From assembly GCA_963847705.1 (NCBI GenBank), contig CAWKBC010000030.1, positions 320,001 through 384,000 on the forward strand: a DNA stretch of 64,000 bases, given 5' to 3'. The notes under the pieces were generated by a model. It was not told where the DNA came from and did no database searches. It was given only the letters and a program-made list of their open reading frames with translations. Made by a program: the position numbers and the translations under genes. Within the stretch, counting starts at the first letter, position 1; each line of letters starts with the position of its first letter. Positions 30,981 to 41,629 of this stretch are shown here, piece by piece. This stretch comes from an uncultured Pseudomonadota bacterium. Lineage in GTDB: Bacteria; Myxococcota_A; Polyangia; Fen-1088.

Positions 30981-32498
30981 TCAGGGAAGCGGCGCCAGGT
31001 AGAGCCCCGCCTGGGGGCTGCCGTCGTTGAACGAGAATGCGACCCGGTCCTTCGCCCGGGTCAGATAAAAATAGGCGCCCGCGTGCGTCGCCACCACGGC
31101 TGGCGCCCCGTCCGTCGAGAAGTCCAGGGTTCGCAAGACCGCGCGCCCGGGGCGCTTGGCAACGGGCGCGTACTGGTCCGTGAACACGACCCGCGACCCG
31201 GCGTAGGCCAGAACGGTCCACCCGCCCTGCCCGTAGACGGTCGGAGGGCCTCCAGCCACCGGCGCCGCGGTGAACGTCCCGACCCCGTGCTGGTCGGCGG
31301 AGCTGAAGTAGAGCACCTCGCTGGCGTCCGCGGTGAACGCGCTGTCGAAGATGGTGGTGTTGACGTCCTTCGACAGCTGGGTGATCGGGCCGGCGGCCAT
31401 CGCAGAGGTGATCCAGAGATCTCCGTACCCGGGGCGCCTCCCTTCCACGGTCTGGAAGAGGAGCTGCTGGCCGTCGGGCGAGACGCCGGACATGGCCACG
31501 ACGCCGGTCGGGGCCAGCGGGACGGCGGGCCCGCCGGCGACCGGGACGCGCAGCACGGTTCCCGCGCTCCGCAAGAAGACGGCCGAGCCGTCGGGAGCCG
31601 TGATCAATCCATCGACGTCGCTGCCGATCGGGGTGGGCGCGCCTCCCGCGACGGGGACCAGGGAGGCGTTGCCGCTGGTGTCGATGAGGGCGACGAGGCC
31701 GCTCGCGCCCGGCACGACGCGAATCAAATTCTCGGCGGGGGTCAAGAGATCGACGACCGTGCCGCTGGCGGGATCGATCGACGAGATGGTCACCTCGGTC
31801 GATCCCGGCGCGCAGTGCGACGCCACGAACATCCCGCCCGTGAAAACGAAGACCGGCTGGCAGCCGCTGAGGAGTGAAATCGGGAGCAGCGTGGTGACCG
31901 GCGCCTTTCCGTCGATCCCCCCCAACACCAGGTTGCTGGTGGTGGCGTCGCTGCTGGTGAGGCCGGTGGCGAGGATCCGGGACCCGTCGTCGCTGACCGC
32001 CGCCGCGTAGGTCGCGCCGTCGACGAAGGAGACGGCACCGTTCGCGGAGGTCCAGACGGTGAGGTCGCCGAAGCCGTCCACGGTGTCGAGGTTGTGAAAG
32101 GAGAAGATCACGCCGCCGAGCGCCCCCAGGCGGTCGGAGGCCGGATCGATCGGTTGCGCGGGGGCGCCCGAGAGGGGGACCGCCAGCGCGCCGCGGGTCT
32201 GGTCGAGCACGGCGGCGACGTCGTCGGAGGTGATCCCGGCGATGTCCAGATCGCCGGCCAGCAGCTGCGTGCCGGCGACCACCGACCCCAGGTCGGGTGC
32301 GTCCCCGGCGCCCCCGTCGGTGGGTGAGGCGCCGTCGGTGGGTGAGGCGCCGTCGAGGTGTGGGACGCCGCTGGCCGGCGCGGAGCCGCCTCCGCAGGCG
32401 CCCGCCCAGGTCAACGCGCCCAGGAGCAGCGCCCTTCGCGTCCGGATCGCCGGCAGGTGGTGCGGCAGGATTCGCACCAATGTCTTTTCACGTTCCAC
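30981..32498 (-). CDS. Hypothetical lipoprotein, beta-propeller-like
   Basis: AGAC lipobox; repeated SxDG turns. Confidence 0.65.
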   Translation of the reverse strand: MEREKTLVRILPHHLPAIRTRRALLLGALTWAGACGGGSAPASGVPHLDGASPTDGASPTDGGAGDAPDLGSVVAGTQLLAGDLDIAGITSDDVAAVLDQTRGALAVPLSGAPAQPIDPASDRLGALGGVIFSFHNLDTVDGFGDLTVWTSANGAVSFVDGATYAAAVSDDGSRILATGLTSSDATTSNLVLGGIDGKAPVTTLLPISLLSGCQPVFVFTGGMFVASHCAPGSTEVTISSIDPASGTVVDLLTPAENLIRVVPGASGLVALIDTSGNASLVPVAGGAPTPIGSDVDGLITAPDGSAVFLRSAGTVLRVPVAGGPAVPLAPTGVVAMSGVSPDGQQLLFQTVEGRRPGYGDLWITSAMAAGPITQLSKDVNTTIFDSAFTADASEVLYFSSADQHGVGTFTAAPVAGGPPTVYGQGGWTVLAYAGSRVVFTDQYAPVAKRPGRAVLRTLDFSTDGAPAVVATHAGAYFYLTRAKDRVAFSFNDGSPQAGLYLAPLP

Positions 32499-32543
32499 AG
32501 CCGTATTGTCAATCGCGCTTCGTTCGTGAGAAGAATCGATGCC

Positions 32544-33716
32544 GTGCGCACCTGGCTCAAAGTGATGGTCGTCAGCGGCGCCATCGCCTGGTCTGCCTGT
32601 GGCCCGTCGCAGGGAGGGACCGGCGCGCCGAGCGAGCCGGGCGTGTCGGGCGCGTCAGGCGGACCGCACCTCTCATTTCCGATCGTGAACAGCTACGACG
32701 GGGCGCTGCTGGCGCCGCTGACTCTCATCACCATCGTCTCCCAGACCCAGTCGGCCGACGCCGAATTCCTCTTCGGGTTCTCCAGCGGAATCGGCGCCAG
32801 TGCCTGGTGGAAGCGGCTGGCGGACGAGTACGACCTCGGTCCAGCGTCGGCGGCCGCGAACCTGATGGGGCCGCCCATCATCGGCGACATGACCGACCAC
32901 GACGTCTACGACTACATCAGCAACGTGATCTCCGCGAACGGCGGTCCGGAACGAAACGGCAATTCGCTCTATCTGCTCTACCTGCCGGCGGGCATCACCG
33001 TCATCCGGCAGGGGGTCCCCAACACCAACTGCAACAAGTTCGAGGCCTATCACGCGGAGTACGGCACCCGCGGCGACAACCTGGCCGTGGTGCAACAGTG
33101 CGGAGGAGCCGATCCGCGCGACAACATGACGGTGGCAGCCAGCCACGAGATCATCGAGGCGGCGACCGATCCCGACTATCAGAGCTATGCGCTGCCGCCG
33201 ATCCGGCCGCACGCTCCCTGGACGGAGCCCATCTGGAACGCCTACAACCTGACCGGCGGCGCCGAGTTGGCCGACCTCTGCGCCGGCACCTACGACCTCG
33301 AGGCCGGCTACTACTACCAGCGGATCTGGTCGAACCTCGGCGTGGCCAAGGGGGGCGATCCCTGCGCGCCGGAGCTGGCCGAGCCCTACTACGACGCTCT
33401 CTTCGCGCAGGACTGGTATCCGATCAATGCCGGCCAGACGCTCTCGATCCCGATTCTCGGTTGGGCGTCGAGCGGGATGGGATTGTCCTGGCCGCTCGAC
33501 GCCTTCGCCGACAGCGCCGCGACGGGATTCACGGCCACCATCGGGGGTAACGGCACCTTGCGCGTCGGCCAGACGAGCAGCGTGCTGGTCACGGCGCCGG
33601 CCGCCGCTCCCTCGGGGACGTTCGCCCTCATCTCGGTCGAGAGCGATCGCCCGATGACCACGCCGCCGCTGACGGACGGCGCTCACATCAATTACGTCGG
33701 CGTCTACGTTCCTTGA
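32544..33716 (+). CDS. Hypothetical lipoprotein with SHExxEAATDP motif
   Basis: WSAC lipobox; motifs AYH, SHEIIEAATDP, ELADLC and QRIWSN. Start is approximate. Confidence 0.7.
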   Translation: MRTWLKVMVVSGAIAWSACGPSQGGTGAPSEPGVSGASGGPHLSFPIVNSYDGALLAPLTLITIVSQTQSADAEFLFGFSSGIGASAWWKRLADEYDLGPASAAANLMGPPIIGDMTDHDVYDYISNVISANGGPERNGNSLYLLYLPAGITVIRQGVPNTNCNKFEAYHAEYGTRGDNLAVVQQCGGADPRDNMTVAASHEIIEAATDPDYQSYALPPIRPHAPWTEPIWNAYNLTGGAELADLCAGTYDLEAGYYYQRIWSNLGVAKGGDPCAPELAEPYYDALFAQDWYPINAGQTLSIPILGWASSGMGLSWPLDAFADSAATGFTATIGGNGTLRVGQTSSVLVTAPAAAPSGTFALISVESDRPMTTPPLTDGAHINYVGVYVP

Positions 33717-33734
33717 GCCGCCGCTGGGCCCGGG

Positions 33735-34478
33735 CTACGGAACTTCGTAGGTGATGGTGAACGTCCAGTTGGTGGCGGTCACCTTCCCGTTGACTTCGGC
33801 CGGCTTGAAGCGGAAGTGGCGCAGCGCGCTCTTCACCGCGGCCGCGCCCAGCCCGTAGCCGGGATCGTTGACGAACTTCGCGCTGCGCACGCGGCCGTTG
33901 GCGTCGATGACGATCTTCAGCGTGACGCTCCCTTCGAACCCCGCGTCGAGCGCCTCCTTCGGGTATTCGCTCTTGGGGATCTCGACGTCGATCGGCTCGG
34001 GCTGCACGGTCAGGGCCGCCGCGTGCGCGACCGGGCCGATGTCGTCGGCGGCCGGCGCGGCCGCGCGCGCCCCCGGCTTGCCCGCCAGGCTGTTGCCCAC
34101 GGGCGCGGAGAACCCGCCGCTCGTGCTGGTCGACGACATCGAGATGCCTAGGTGCACCGGTCCCGGCGTCGCCGCGGGCGCGGTCGTCGGCGGCGGCGTC
34201 TCGGGAGGTGGCGTCTCCGGCGGCGGCGTGTTCGTGGGCGGCGGCGGTCTGTTGAGCGCGACCCGGCGCGCCGGGCGCAACTTGAGTGGCTCGGCCGCCT
34301 TGGGCGGCTCGGGGGGCGGCGGCGCCTTGGGCGCTACCGGCTTCACGGTCTCGACGATCTGGACGTCGACCTTCTCGCTGCGGTGCGGGTGCGCCGGCAG
34401 CTGCCAGGCCCAGCCGAAGACGCCCAGGTGCGCGGCTGCCGAGAGCGCGTAGGCCGCCGTCGGAGTGAGCCGCCTCAT
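33735..34478 (-). CDS. tonB: Energy transducer TonB
   Basis: N-terminal SxxxH TM segment, Pro-rich spacer, then YPKEA..EGSV..FKPA. Confidence 0.88.
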   Translation of the reverse strand: MRRLTPTAAYALSAAAHLGVFGWAWQLPAHPHRSEKVDVQIVETVKPVAPKAPPPPEPPKAAEPLKLRPARRVALNRPPPPTNTPPPETPPPETPPPTTAPAATPGPVHLGISMSSTSTSGGFSAPVGNSLAGKPGARAAAPAADDIGPVAHAAALTVQPEPIDVEIPKSEYPKEALDAGFEGSVTLKIVIDANGRVRSAKFVNDPGYGLGAAAVKSALRHFRFKPAEVNGKVTATNWTFTITYEVP

Positions 34479-34897
34479 TGCTCCTTTTCGATGTTGATCG
34501 CGAACTTCGAGACCCCCTCGCCCTTGATGAGGTCGAGGAGGTGGACCACCGAGCCGTGCAGCGCCATCTTGTCGGCGCTGATGATCACGCGCGTGTCCTG
34601 ATCCTTGGCCACGGCGGCGCGGGCCGCGTCGCGCAGCCCCGTCTCGTCGCGCTTCTTGCCGTCGAGGTAGATGTCGCCCTCCTTGGTCAGGATCACCGCC
34701 AGCGTGGTGCCGGTCGACTCGCCGGCGTTCGCGGCGCGCGGCAGATCGATGTGGATCGACTGCCGCACGATGTAGGTCGCCGTCACCATGAAGATGATCA
34801 GCAGCACCAGCGTGATGTCGACCAGCGGCGTGACGTTGATGCCGGAGATCATCCCGCCTTCGTCACCGTCCTGATCGCCGTCGGAGATCGAGGCCAT
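34475..34897 (-). CDS. exbD: ExbD/TolR
   Basis: INVTPLVDITLVLLIIFMVT motif. Confidence 0.92.
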   Translation of the reverse strand: MASISDGDQDGDEGGMISGINVTPLVDITLVLLIIFMVTATYIVRQSIHIDLPRAANAGESTGTTLAVILTKEGDIYLDGKKRDETGLRDAARAAVAKDQDTRVIISADKMALHGSVVHLLDLIKGEGVSKFAINIEKEQ

Positions 34898-35533
34898 CTA
34901 GGCGGCCTCGCTCTTGACGTCCGTTCCCCGCAGGCGCGCCTCCAGCAGGTCGCCAAGGTAGGCGGCGCGCTGGGAGGCCCGGCGCAGCGCGCGCTGGAAG
35001 ATGTTGTAGGCGACCACCGCCGGCAGCGCGACCAGCAGGCCCACCGCCGTGGCGATGAGCGCCTCGGAGATCCCGGACATGACCGAGCTGGCGCCACCCG
35101 CGCTGGGGTTCCGGGCCAGATCGGCGAAGGCGCGGATGATTCCCAGCACCGTCCCGAAGAGGCCGATGAACGGGGCGTTGTTCCCCAGCGTGGCCAGAAA
35201 GGCCAGCCGCGACTCGTACTCGAGGCGCGACTTCTTGATCGCGGCGTCGACCACCTTGGCGACGCTGTCGGCGCCGCGCTCGGCCTGCCCCAGCGCCGCG
35301 CCGACCACCTCGGCCTCGATGCCGTCGCGATCGGCGACGGCCGCCCGCGCCTTGGCGAGATCCCCGCTCAGCAACCAGCCGGCCAGCGCCTCGCGGTTGG
35401 GGAGCCGCCGCGTCAGATAGAACGTGGCGCGCTCGATCATGATGCCGACCGAGACGACCGACAGGCCGATGAGCAGCCAGAGCACCCAGGCCGCACCCAG
35501 GTTCACGATGGCGAGGAGCTTCTGGACGATCAT
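34898..35533 (-). CDS. exbB: ExbB/TolQ
   Basis: APFIGLFGTVLGII and GISEALIATAVGL motifs. Confidence 0.92.
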   Translation of the reverse strand: MIVQKLLAIVNLGAAWVLWLLIGLSVVSVGIMIERATFYLTRRLPNREALAGWLLSGDLAKARAAVADRDGIEAEVVGAALGQAERGADSVAKVVDAAIKKSRLEYESRLAFLATLGNNAPFIGLFGTVLGIIRAFADLARNPSAGGASSVMSGISEALIATAVGLLVALPAVVAYNIFQRALRRASQRAAYLGDLLEARLRGTDVKSEAA

Positions 35534-35601
35534 TTCGGTGAGTCCTTTCTCATGTTCCTGTCGGTCTCATTTTCTTCCGGCTCATGTACCTACCGGGCGG
35601 G

Positions 35602-36640
35602 TCACTGGAAAGCTTGCGCGATCCAGTTCTCCCCGTCCCGTCCGTCGCGCACGACGCCGTAGAGCGTGAACGGCCCCGGCGGGCGGGTGTAGAGCTCGAA
35701 GGTGCGGCTGGCCAGATCGGGGGTGCCGGCGGTGTTGGAGTTGGAGATGGTGGCCTGGGATCCGCCGGTGGCGTACCAGGTGATGCTCGGATATTCCATC
35801 TCGCTGCCGTCGACCCCGTCGAGGCCGCAATAGTAATAGGTCTGGATGTCGGCGTCGGGGATCTGGCCGCAGATGGTCTGGGTGCCCGGGGGAAACGCCG
35901 CCGGCGGACACCAGTGGTCGGTCGAGCAGGTGGCCCCGCCGCAGTCGGCGTCGGTCTGGCAGCTCGCCACCAGCGTCTGCCCGGTGCAGGCGCTCTTGTC
36001 CACGGGGATGTTGAGCGCCTCGATGCTGGGGTTGGCATTGCGGACGTAGCCCTGCAGCGCCGGGTTGGACGTGTCGGTGGGGCCGATTCTGGCTCCAGGG
36101 CGACAGGCGCAGGTTCTTGACGGCGGTGACGACGGAGCCGTCGCTCCCCTGGGCGATGATGATGACCGGCGCCTCGATGAAGAGCGAGCACTGGGCGACG
36201 AGCATCGTGGGGTCTTCGGCGCGGGTGATCAGCTGCTGGAGGAGGTCCCCGACCTCTTGCGGGACGGTGTACTGGATCGTCTCGCCGACGCCGAGCTCGA
36301 TGACGCCGTCCATGCCGATGAGCTGGACGGGATCCCGCAGCACGAGCTCGTTGGTGCAGGGGGTGATCGTCTGGTTGAGCGACGGCAGGCAGGTCACCCA
36401 GGTGACCGTCACCGTCGGGATGTTGGTGGGGTTGGCCACCAGCGCGCTGAAGGTCACCGTGTCGCCCACCTCGGCGTCGGCCCAGTCGACGCCGTCGCCG
36501 TTGTCGATGTGAGAGGCCGCGCCCAGGATCCGCAGGCCGGTCACCAGCTGGTCGTTGCGATCGAACCCGGAGACGCACGACGCCAGGCCGAGCGCGACGA
36601 GGGGGGCGAACCGCCAGGCGGGGGATGGCAGGCGACTCAA
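35602..36640 (-). CDS. TBDR-associated lipoprotein with apparent frameshift near 36088
   Basis: TTG start overlaps the TBDR stop; LASC lipobox and LRILG motif. Continues in ORF 35602..36003 (VVRDGRDG..W). Confidence 0.65.
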
Positions 36641-39255
36641 AACTCCGCCCTCAGTCCGAGCGTGGGAAAGATCGGCAGTCCCGTCAAGGTCGAATACCCC
36701 TGGCAATTGTAGTTCGGGAACAGCGCCTCGGGGTTGGCGCGGTTGGTGACGTTCTGGATGTCGAGGTACGGCGTGAAGCTCCAGTTGTTGTAGACGAAGC
36801 GGCGGTCGATCCGGATATCGGCCTGGAAGAACCCGGGTGCCCGCGCCGTGTCGGGATTCCCGGCGATGCACTCGTAGCTGGCGTTGTTGGCGTTGAAGAT
36901 CCCGTTGACGAAAGGTGTGTAGGGATCGCCGCTCGTGTAGCGCAGCCGCGTTCCGAAGGTCCAGTTGTGCTCGGTCTGGTACGACGCGATGACGGTCAGG
37001 ATGTGGGTCTGGTCGAAGTCGTAGAGGTGATAGCCGGACGTGTCCACCGACGGATCGTCGAGGCGGGTGCTGCGCGACAGGGTGTAAGCGACCCACCCGT
37101 AAAGACCGCGCATGAGCTGCCGGCGGAGCAGAACCTCCATGCCGTAGGAACGTCCTTTGCCCAGGTTGGAGAGGTTCAACGCCGCGCCCATCGGGTCGGT
37201 CAGGTTCGTCTCCGTCACCAGCTGGTACATGTACTTGTCGTAGAGGGTCAGCCCGAGGTTGACGTCGAAGGGGAGCTTCTGGTCGACGCCGATGCTGTAC
37301 TGGAGCGACCGCTGGTAGGTGAGATCCGGGTTGCCGAACTTCGCCGTGAAGTCCTGCGGCTGCGGCGCTTCCGAGTAGAGGCCGATCGCGGCCTTGAGGA
37401 CGGTCTTGGGCCCCGCGGTGAAGAACGCCGACAGGCGGGGATCGAACCACCAGGAGTTGCCGCTGGTGATGCGGGAGTTGCCGTCGAAGCGGAGGCCGGG
37501 CTGCACGTGCAGGCGCGAGCCGAGGGCGATGTCGGCGAAGGCGAACAGCCCGGGCTGCGCCCAGGCGCCGCTGGCCTGGGCGTTCTGCGGCGGGTTGGCC
37601 GAGAGGCCACCCATGCCGAAGGCGGCGCCCGGCTGGCCAAACAGCGGAAGGGTGACGTTGTACGAGTAGTAGCGCAGCGACGAGTCGACCCCCATCTGCA
37701 AGTTGAAGCGCTCCGACGGTCGGTAGCTCATCGTGTCGCGCAGGTTGACCGACCAGGTGGTGGCGTCGATCTTGATCGCGTTCACCGCCTCGGTGATCTG
37801 ATCGTCGTAGCCGAATGACAGCACGGCGTCGTTGCGCCAGTTGTGCGCGAACCCGAGCTGCCAGCGGGCGGCCAGGCGCTGGAACTGGATCGTGCTGTCG
37901 AAGGAGATCGGGCGTGCGGTGTTGCTGTCCAGGACATCGAGCGCGTCGCTCGAGCCGAAGGCGAAGATCGACCCCTGACCTCCCCCCAGCGCGTGCACGT
38001 ACTTGACCTGATAGTCGTAGAAGACGGGCGCCACGGAGAGGCCGTGTGGCACGACCGCCTTCAGCACCTCGTCGACCCAGCTGCGGCGCACCGAGGCGAA
38101 GAAGCTGCCGTCGCCCACCGGGCCCTCGACCATCGCCGCGCCGTCGTAGAGATCGACGTGGCCGGCGCCGTGCCACTCGTGTTTGGGGTCGCGGGTGTGA
38201 ATCTCCACCGCGCCGCCCATGGCGTTGCCGTAGTAGGGGGAGAAGTTGCCGGGGAAAAAATCGAGGCCCGAGATGACGTCCGAGTTGATGACCGCGGTGA
38301 GCGCCAGGAAGTGAAAGAGGAGGGGGATCTGGACCCCGTCCATGTAGACGACGGTGTCCTGCGGCGCCGAGCCCCGCACGATGAGCAGGCCCAGGCCGAA
38401 CGGCGCGCGCGCCACGCCGGGGAAGTCCTGAATCACCTTGAGCACGTCCCCCTGCGTCCCGGGGACGGTGGTCAGCTCCTGCACCGCGACCTCGTGGACG
38501 GAGACCTCCTTCCGTTCGCGCGCTCCGCGCACCACCGACTCGAACGCGCCGTAGCGCTTTCGATTCATCCGGTACTCCACCTCCTTCACCTTGCCCGCCT
38601 CGATGATCTCGTCGATGGCCAGGTTGTGGTGGGCGGACGAGACGATGCGCACCTTGATCGGTCCGACCGGCAGGCCGCGCAGCGTGAACCGGCCGTCGGC
38701 GTCGGTCTCCGCCGTCGCGTCGCCCGCCTCCACGCTGGCGGCGACCACCGGCGACCGCGTGCCGCGCTCGATGACGCGGCCGATGAGCGAGACCGGCTTC
38801 TCGGTGGGCGGTGGTGGCGGCGGCGCGCGTTTGAGCACGAAGTCGTAGCGGTATTCAATCTCCACCGCCGTCGGTTTTCCGCCGATCACGGCGGGGGAGA
38901 ACTGGAACTGTTTGACGGCGGCCTCGGCGGCCGGAGCGAACCCCGGATGCGGCCCTGGGTCGATGACTCGGACCGCGCCGACCGCCCCTTTCTCGTCGAT
39001 CACGATCGAGAAGGTGACGGACCCGGCGATCCCGGCCGCGTCGGCGTCGGGGGGGTAGACCGCCGGGACGAAGTGCGTCAGGACGGGCGGTTTGACCGCC
39101 GGTTCGCCGCCGTCCGCCGGCGCGGCCGCGGGGGGCTCCGCCTGGGCGGCCGGGGGCGCTGCGTCGATCCCGCCGTCGACCGACGATGCGCCCAACGGCG
39201 CGGCCACCTGTGCGGATGACAGGGCCAAGACCAGGGCGGCGAGGTGGGAACCCAT
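36637..39255 (-). CDS. TonB-dependent receptor with N-terminal TonB-C-like domain
   Basis: YPPDA..GSV..FSPA domain, plug motif PGVAR..IVRGS, and C-terminal GLRAEF. Confidence 0.9.
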   Translation of the reverse strand: MGSHLAALVLALSSAQVAAPLGASSVDGGIDAAPPAAQAEPPAAAPADGGEPAVKPPVLTHFVPAVYPPDADAAGIAGSVTFSIVIDEKGAVGAVRVIDPGPHPGFAPAAEAAVKQFQFSPAVIGGKPTAVEIEYRYDFVLKRAPPPPPPTEKPVSLIGRVIERGTRSPVVAASVEAGDATAETDADGRFTLRGLPVGPIKVRIVSSAHHNLAIDEIIEAGKVKEVEYRMNRKRYGAFESVVRGARERKEVSVHEVAVQELTTVPGTQGDVLKVIQDFPGVARAPFGLGLLIVRGSAPQDTVVYMDGVQIPLLFHFLALTAVINSDVISGLDFFPGNFSPYYGNAMGGAVEIHTRDPKHEWHGAGHVDLYDGAAMVEGPVGDGSFFASVRRSWVDEVLKAVVPHGLSVAPVFYDYQVKYVHALGGGQGSIFAFGSSDALDVLDSNTARPISFDSTIQFQRLAARWQLGFAHNWRNDAVLSFGYDDQITEAVNAIKIDATTWSVNLRDTMSYRPSERFNLQMGVDSSLRYYSYNVTLPLFGQPGAAFGMGGLSANPPQNAQASGAWAQPGLFAFADIALGSRLHVQPGLRFDGNSRITSGNSWWFDPRLSAFFTAGPKTVLKAAIGLYSEAPQPQDFTAKFGNPDLTYQRSLQYSIGVDQKLPFDVNLGLTLYDKYMYQLVTETNLTDPMGAALNLSNLGKGRSYGMEVLLRRQLMRGLYGWVAYTLSRSTRLDDPSVDTSGYHLYDFDQTHILTVIASYQTEHNWTFGTRLRYTSGDPYTPFVNGIFNANNASYECIAGNPDTARAPGFFQADIRIDRRFVYNNWSFTPYLDIQNVTNRANPEALFPNYNCQGYSTLTGLPIFPTLGLRAEF

Positions 39256-39461
39256 CGTCGACAGGACAATGGACTACCCCGCGGGGCGTCGCGATGCCAA
39301 GGACCTTCAGCACGACGGGGGGGGGACGCCGTGGCGACTTTCCTTTTCCGGAACGAGGCCCTGCGGTATAAAGCGCCCTTGCCGCCGCCCCGGCGGAAGC
39401 GCTTGCCGGCCGGAAGGCTTTGTCGCCCGGCAGCTCCCGATCCCCCATAAGGAGTCCAAAA

Positions 39462-41387
39462 ATGGTTTCACGCACTATTTCTTTCTTGGCCTGCGTCGCC
39501 GTGCTCGGCTCCGCTCTCTTCGTGGGCGGCTGCGCCCAGCCCGCCAGTGGTAACGGCACGGGAACCGGCGGCAGCGGCACGGGGACCGGCGGCAGCGGCA
39601 ACGGGACCGGCGGCAACGGCACCGGGACTGGCGGCAACGGCAGCGGCACCGGCGGTTCCAACCAGGGGACGGGCGGCAGGGTCACGGGAACGGGGGGCAG
39701 CGCCACCGGCACGGGGGGCACTGGCACCGGCACGGGCGGCAGCGCCACCGGCACGGGGGGCACTGGCACCGGGACGGGCGGCACCGGCACGAGCACGGGC
39801 GGTACTGGAACGGGGACCGGCGGCACCGGCACGGCCACCGGCGGGTCGACCGGCACCGGCGGCACCTCCTCGGCGGGCGATCCTCCCGGCTACTACAAGA
39901 CCGCGGACTGGAAGGTCACCAGCGTCGATTGGCACGGCTGCGTCTGGACCGGCGTCGACAGCACCGTCGCCGGCAGCACCACCAGCATCATGCCGCAGGA
40001 CTTCACGGGCCAATCCACCGAGGGTGGCCCGTACGAGGTCAAGGGGACCGTCTTCAACGACTACAACGCGGTCGCGCTCTTGGGCTTCAATTTGAATGAG
40101 GCCGTGACGGGAAGCAGCACGCAGTGCAAGTACAACAAGGCTGCGGCGACCAGCAGTGGGCCGCCCGTTGCGACGATCCCCAGCTCGGCGACCGGCATCG
40201 CCGTGAACTGGAGCGAAACGAAGGCGCCCCCGACCTCCTTTCGCATTCAGATTCAGGACGTGGACGGCGCGACCAACGCTGCTCACCGGTGGTGCGCGAC
40301 CATCACCGACGCGGCGGGGCCGAGCTTCATCAAGTTCACGGACTTCTATCCGCAGTGCTGGAACGTCGGGAATGCGACGATGAGTCCCGGTACCGCGTTC
40401 GATCCCAAGAGCAACACGATCGACGCCGTGGTCTTCTTGGTTCCCGGCTCGGTCACTCCCACGACGGGGGCACCGTTCGACTTCACGATCGTCGGCTTCG
40501 CGCCCGGGACCAGCAAGTCGGACGCTCCCGCGGGCGGGACATCCTCTTGCGGGACCCTCACCGGTACGCTGGGCTCGTCGAGCGCATCGCAGGCCGCGTC
40601 GTTCCAACGGGCGGCCGTGACCGGGACGGACTGCAAGACATATATCGTCCAGAACAACAACTGGGGCAATCCGACGGGCAGCACCCAGCTCGTCAATTAT
40701 ACCGGGGCCAGCTTCACCGTCGCGAGCAGCAGCGGTTCGGGCAGCAGCGCTCCGGCGTCCTTCCCGTCCGTCTACGTCGGCGCCAACGGCAACATCGCGA
40801 ACGGAAGCTACAACACCTGGGCGGACACTGGCCTGCCGAAGCAGATCAGCGCGATCAACAGCGCCATGACCACCTTCGGTTGGTCCGGCGGTGCGAACAA
40901 CGGCCAGTTCAACGCCACCTACGACGTGTGGTTCTCCAAGACGGATCCGACCAGCCAGGCGGGTATGTACAACGACGGGATCTCCGGCTTCATCATGGTC
41001 TGGCTCTACAAGCCAAGTAATTTCCATCCCATCGGCAACAGCAGTATTCGCCAAGCGACGATCGGTGGGCACACCTGGGACGTCTGGGCCGGGCCTCGCG
41101 GCAGCGGTCAGGGAAATACCGGGGGGACCAATGATGGCTCGGGCCGTCCGGTCATTTCGTACGTCATCAACGGTGCTGCGCTGTCGAGTCTGACGTTCGA
41201 CCTGAAGGCCTTCATGACCGACGCCGTCACCAACGGAGCCTCGGATATGAGCAAGGGCCAAAGCGGCATCACCCAGGCGTTTGCCAGCAGCTGGTACCTG
41301 ACCGACGTCTTCACCGGCTTCGAGATCTGGAACGGTGGCGACGCAACCAACCTGAAAAACACCGGGTTCTCCATCGCGGTCAAGTAG
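39462..41387 (+). CDS. Lipoprotein with Gly/Thr linker and C-terminal GH12-like domain
   Basis: AAGGAG RBS, VGGC lipobox and (GTGG)n linker; motifs QNNNWG, NATYDVWF, MVWL and GFEIW. Confidence 0.75.
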   Translation: MVSRTISFLACVAVLGSALFVGGCAQPASGNGTGTGGSGTGTGGSGNGTGGNGTGTGGNGSGTGGSNQGTGGRVTGTGGSATGTGGTGTGTGGSATGTGGTGTGTGGTGTSTGGTGTGTGGTGTATGGSTGTGGTSSAGDPPGYYKTADWKVTSVDWHGCVWTGVDSTVAGSTTSIMPQDFTGQSTEGGPYEVKGTVFNDYNAVALLGFNLNEAVTGSSTQCKYNKAAATSSGPPVATIPSSATGIAVNWSETKAPPTSFRIQIQDVDGATNAAHRWCATITDAAGPSFIKFTDFYPQCWNVGNATMSPGTAFDPKSNTIDAVVFLVPGSVTPTTGAPFDFTIVGFAPGTSKSDAPAGGTSSCGTLTGTLGSSSASQAASFQRAAVTGTDCKTYIVQNNNWGNPTGSTQLVNYTGASFTVASSSGSGSSAPASFPSVYVGANGNIANGSYNTWADTGLPKQISAINSAMTTFGWSGGANNGQFNATYDVWFSKTDPTSQAGMYNDGISGFIMVWLYKPSNFHPIGNSSIRQATIGGHTWDVWAGPRGSGQGNTGGTNDGSGRPVISYVINGAALSSLTFDLKAFMTDAVTNGASDMSKGQSGITQAFASSWYLTDVFTGFEIWNGGDATNLKNTGFSIAVK

Positions 41388-41408
41388 TCCGGCGCCTGCA
41401 GCGTGAAG

Positions 41409-41441
41409 AAGAGCTCGGTCGGAAGGCCGGGCTCTTTTTTT
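41409..41441 (+). terminator. Rho-independent terminator
   Basis: Hairpin AAGAGCTCGGTC-GGAA-GGCCGGGCTCTT followed by a T run. Confidence 0.85.
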
Positions 41442-41488
41442 GCTCGCCGCTCGATTTCGACGGCGCGCACGCCGTTGGCCGCTGGCGG

Positions 41489-41600
41489 TCAGCCCCAGTT
41501 GAACCCGTAGCGCAGGTACAGTTCGTCGCCGACGCGCTCGAGTGACGCGAGCGTTGGGTTGGGGATCTCGTCGGGGGTGAAGCCTGGGTCGGCGGTGAGC
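41489..41600 (-). repeat. Diverged duplicate of the 3' end of the ribD-like gene (partner copy at 42755-42860)
   Basis: About 105 bp with about 11 mismatches; encodes ..FTPDEIPNPTLASLERVGDELYLRYGFNWG*. Confidence 0.85.
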
Positions 41601-41629
41601 CTGTCCGACGCGGACTATCCCCGTCGACA

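Noticed and set aside
39545-39870. GGCACCGGC-type repeats as a DNA repeat element
   Set aside because: They encode the Gly/Thr linker of a lipoprotein. The same applies to the Pro/Thr repeats at about 27600-27720.
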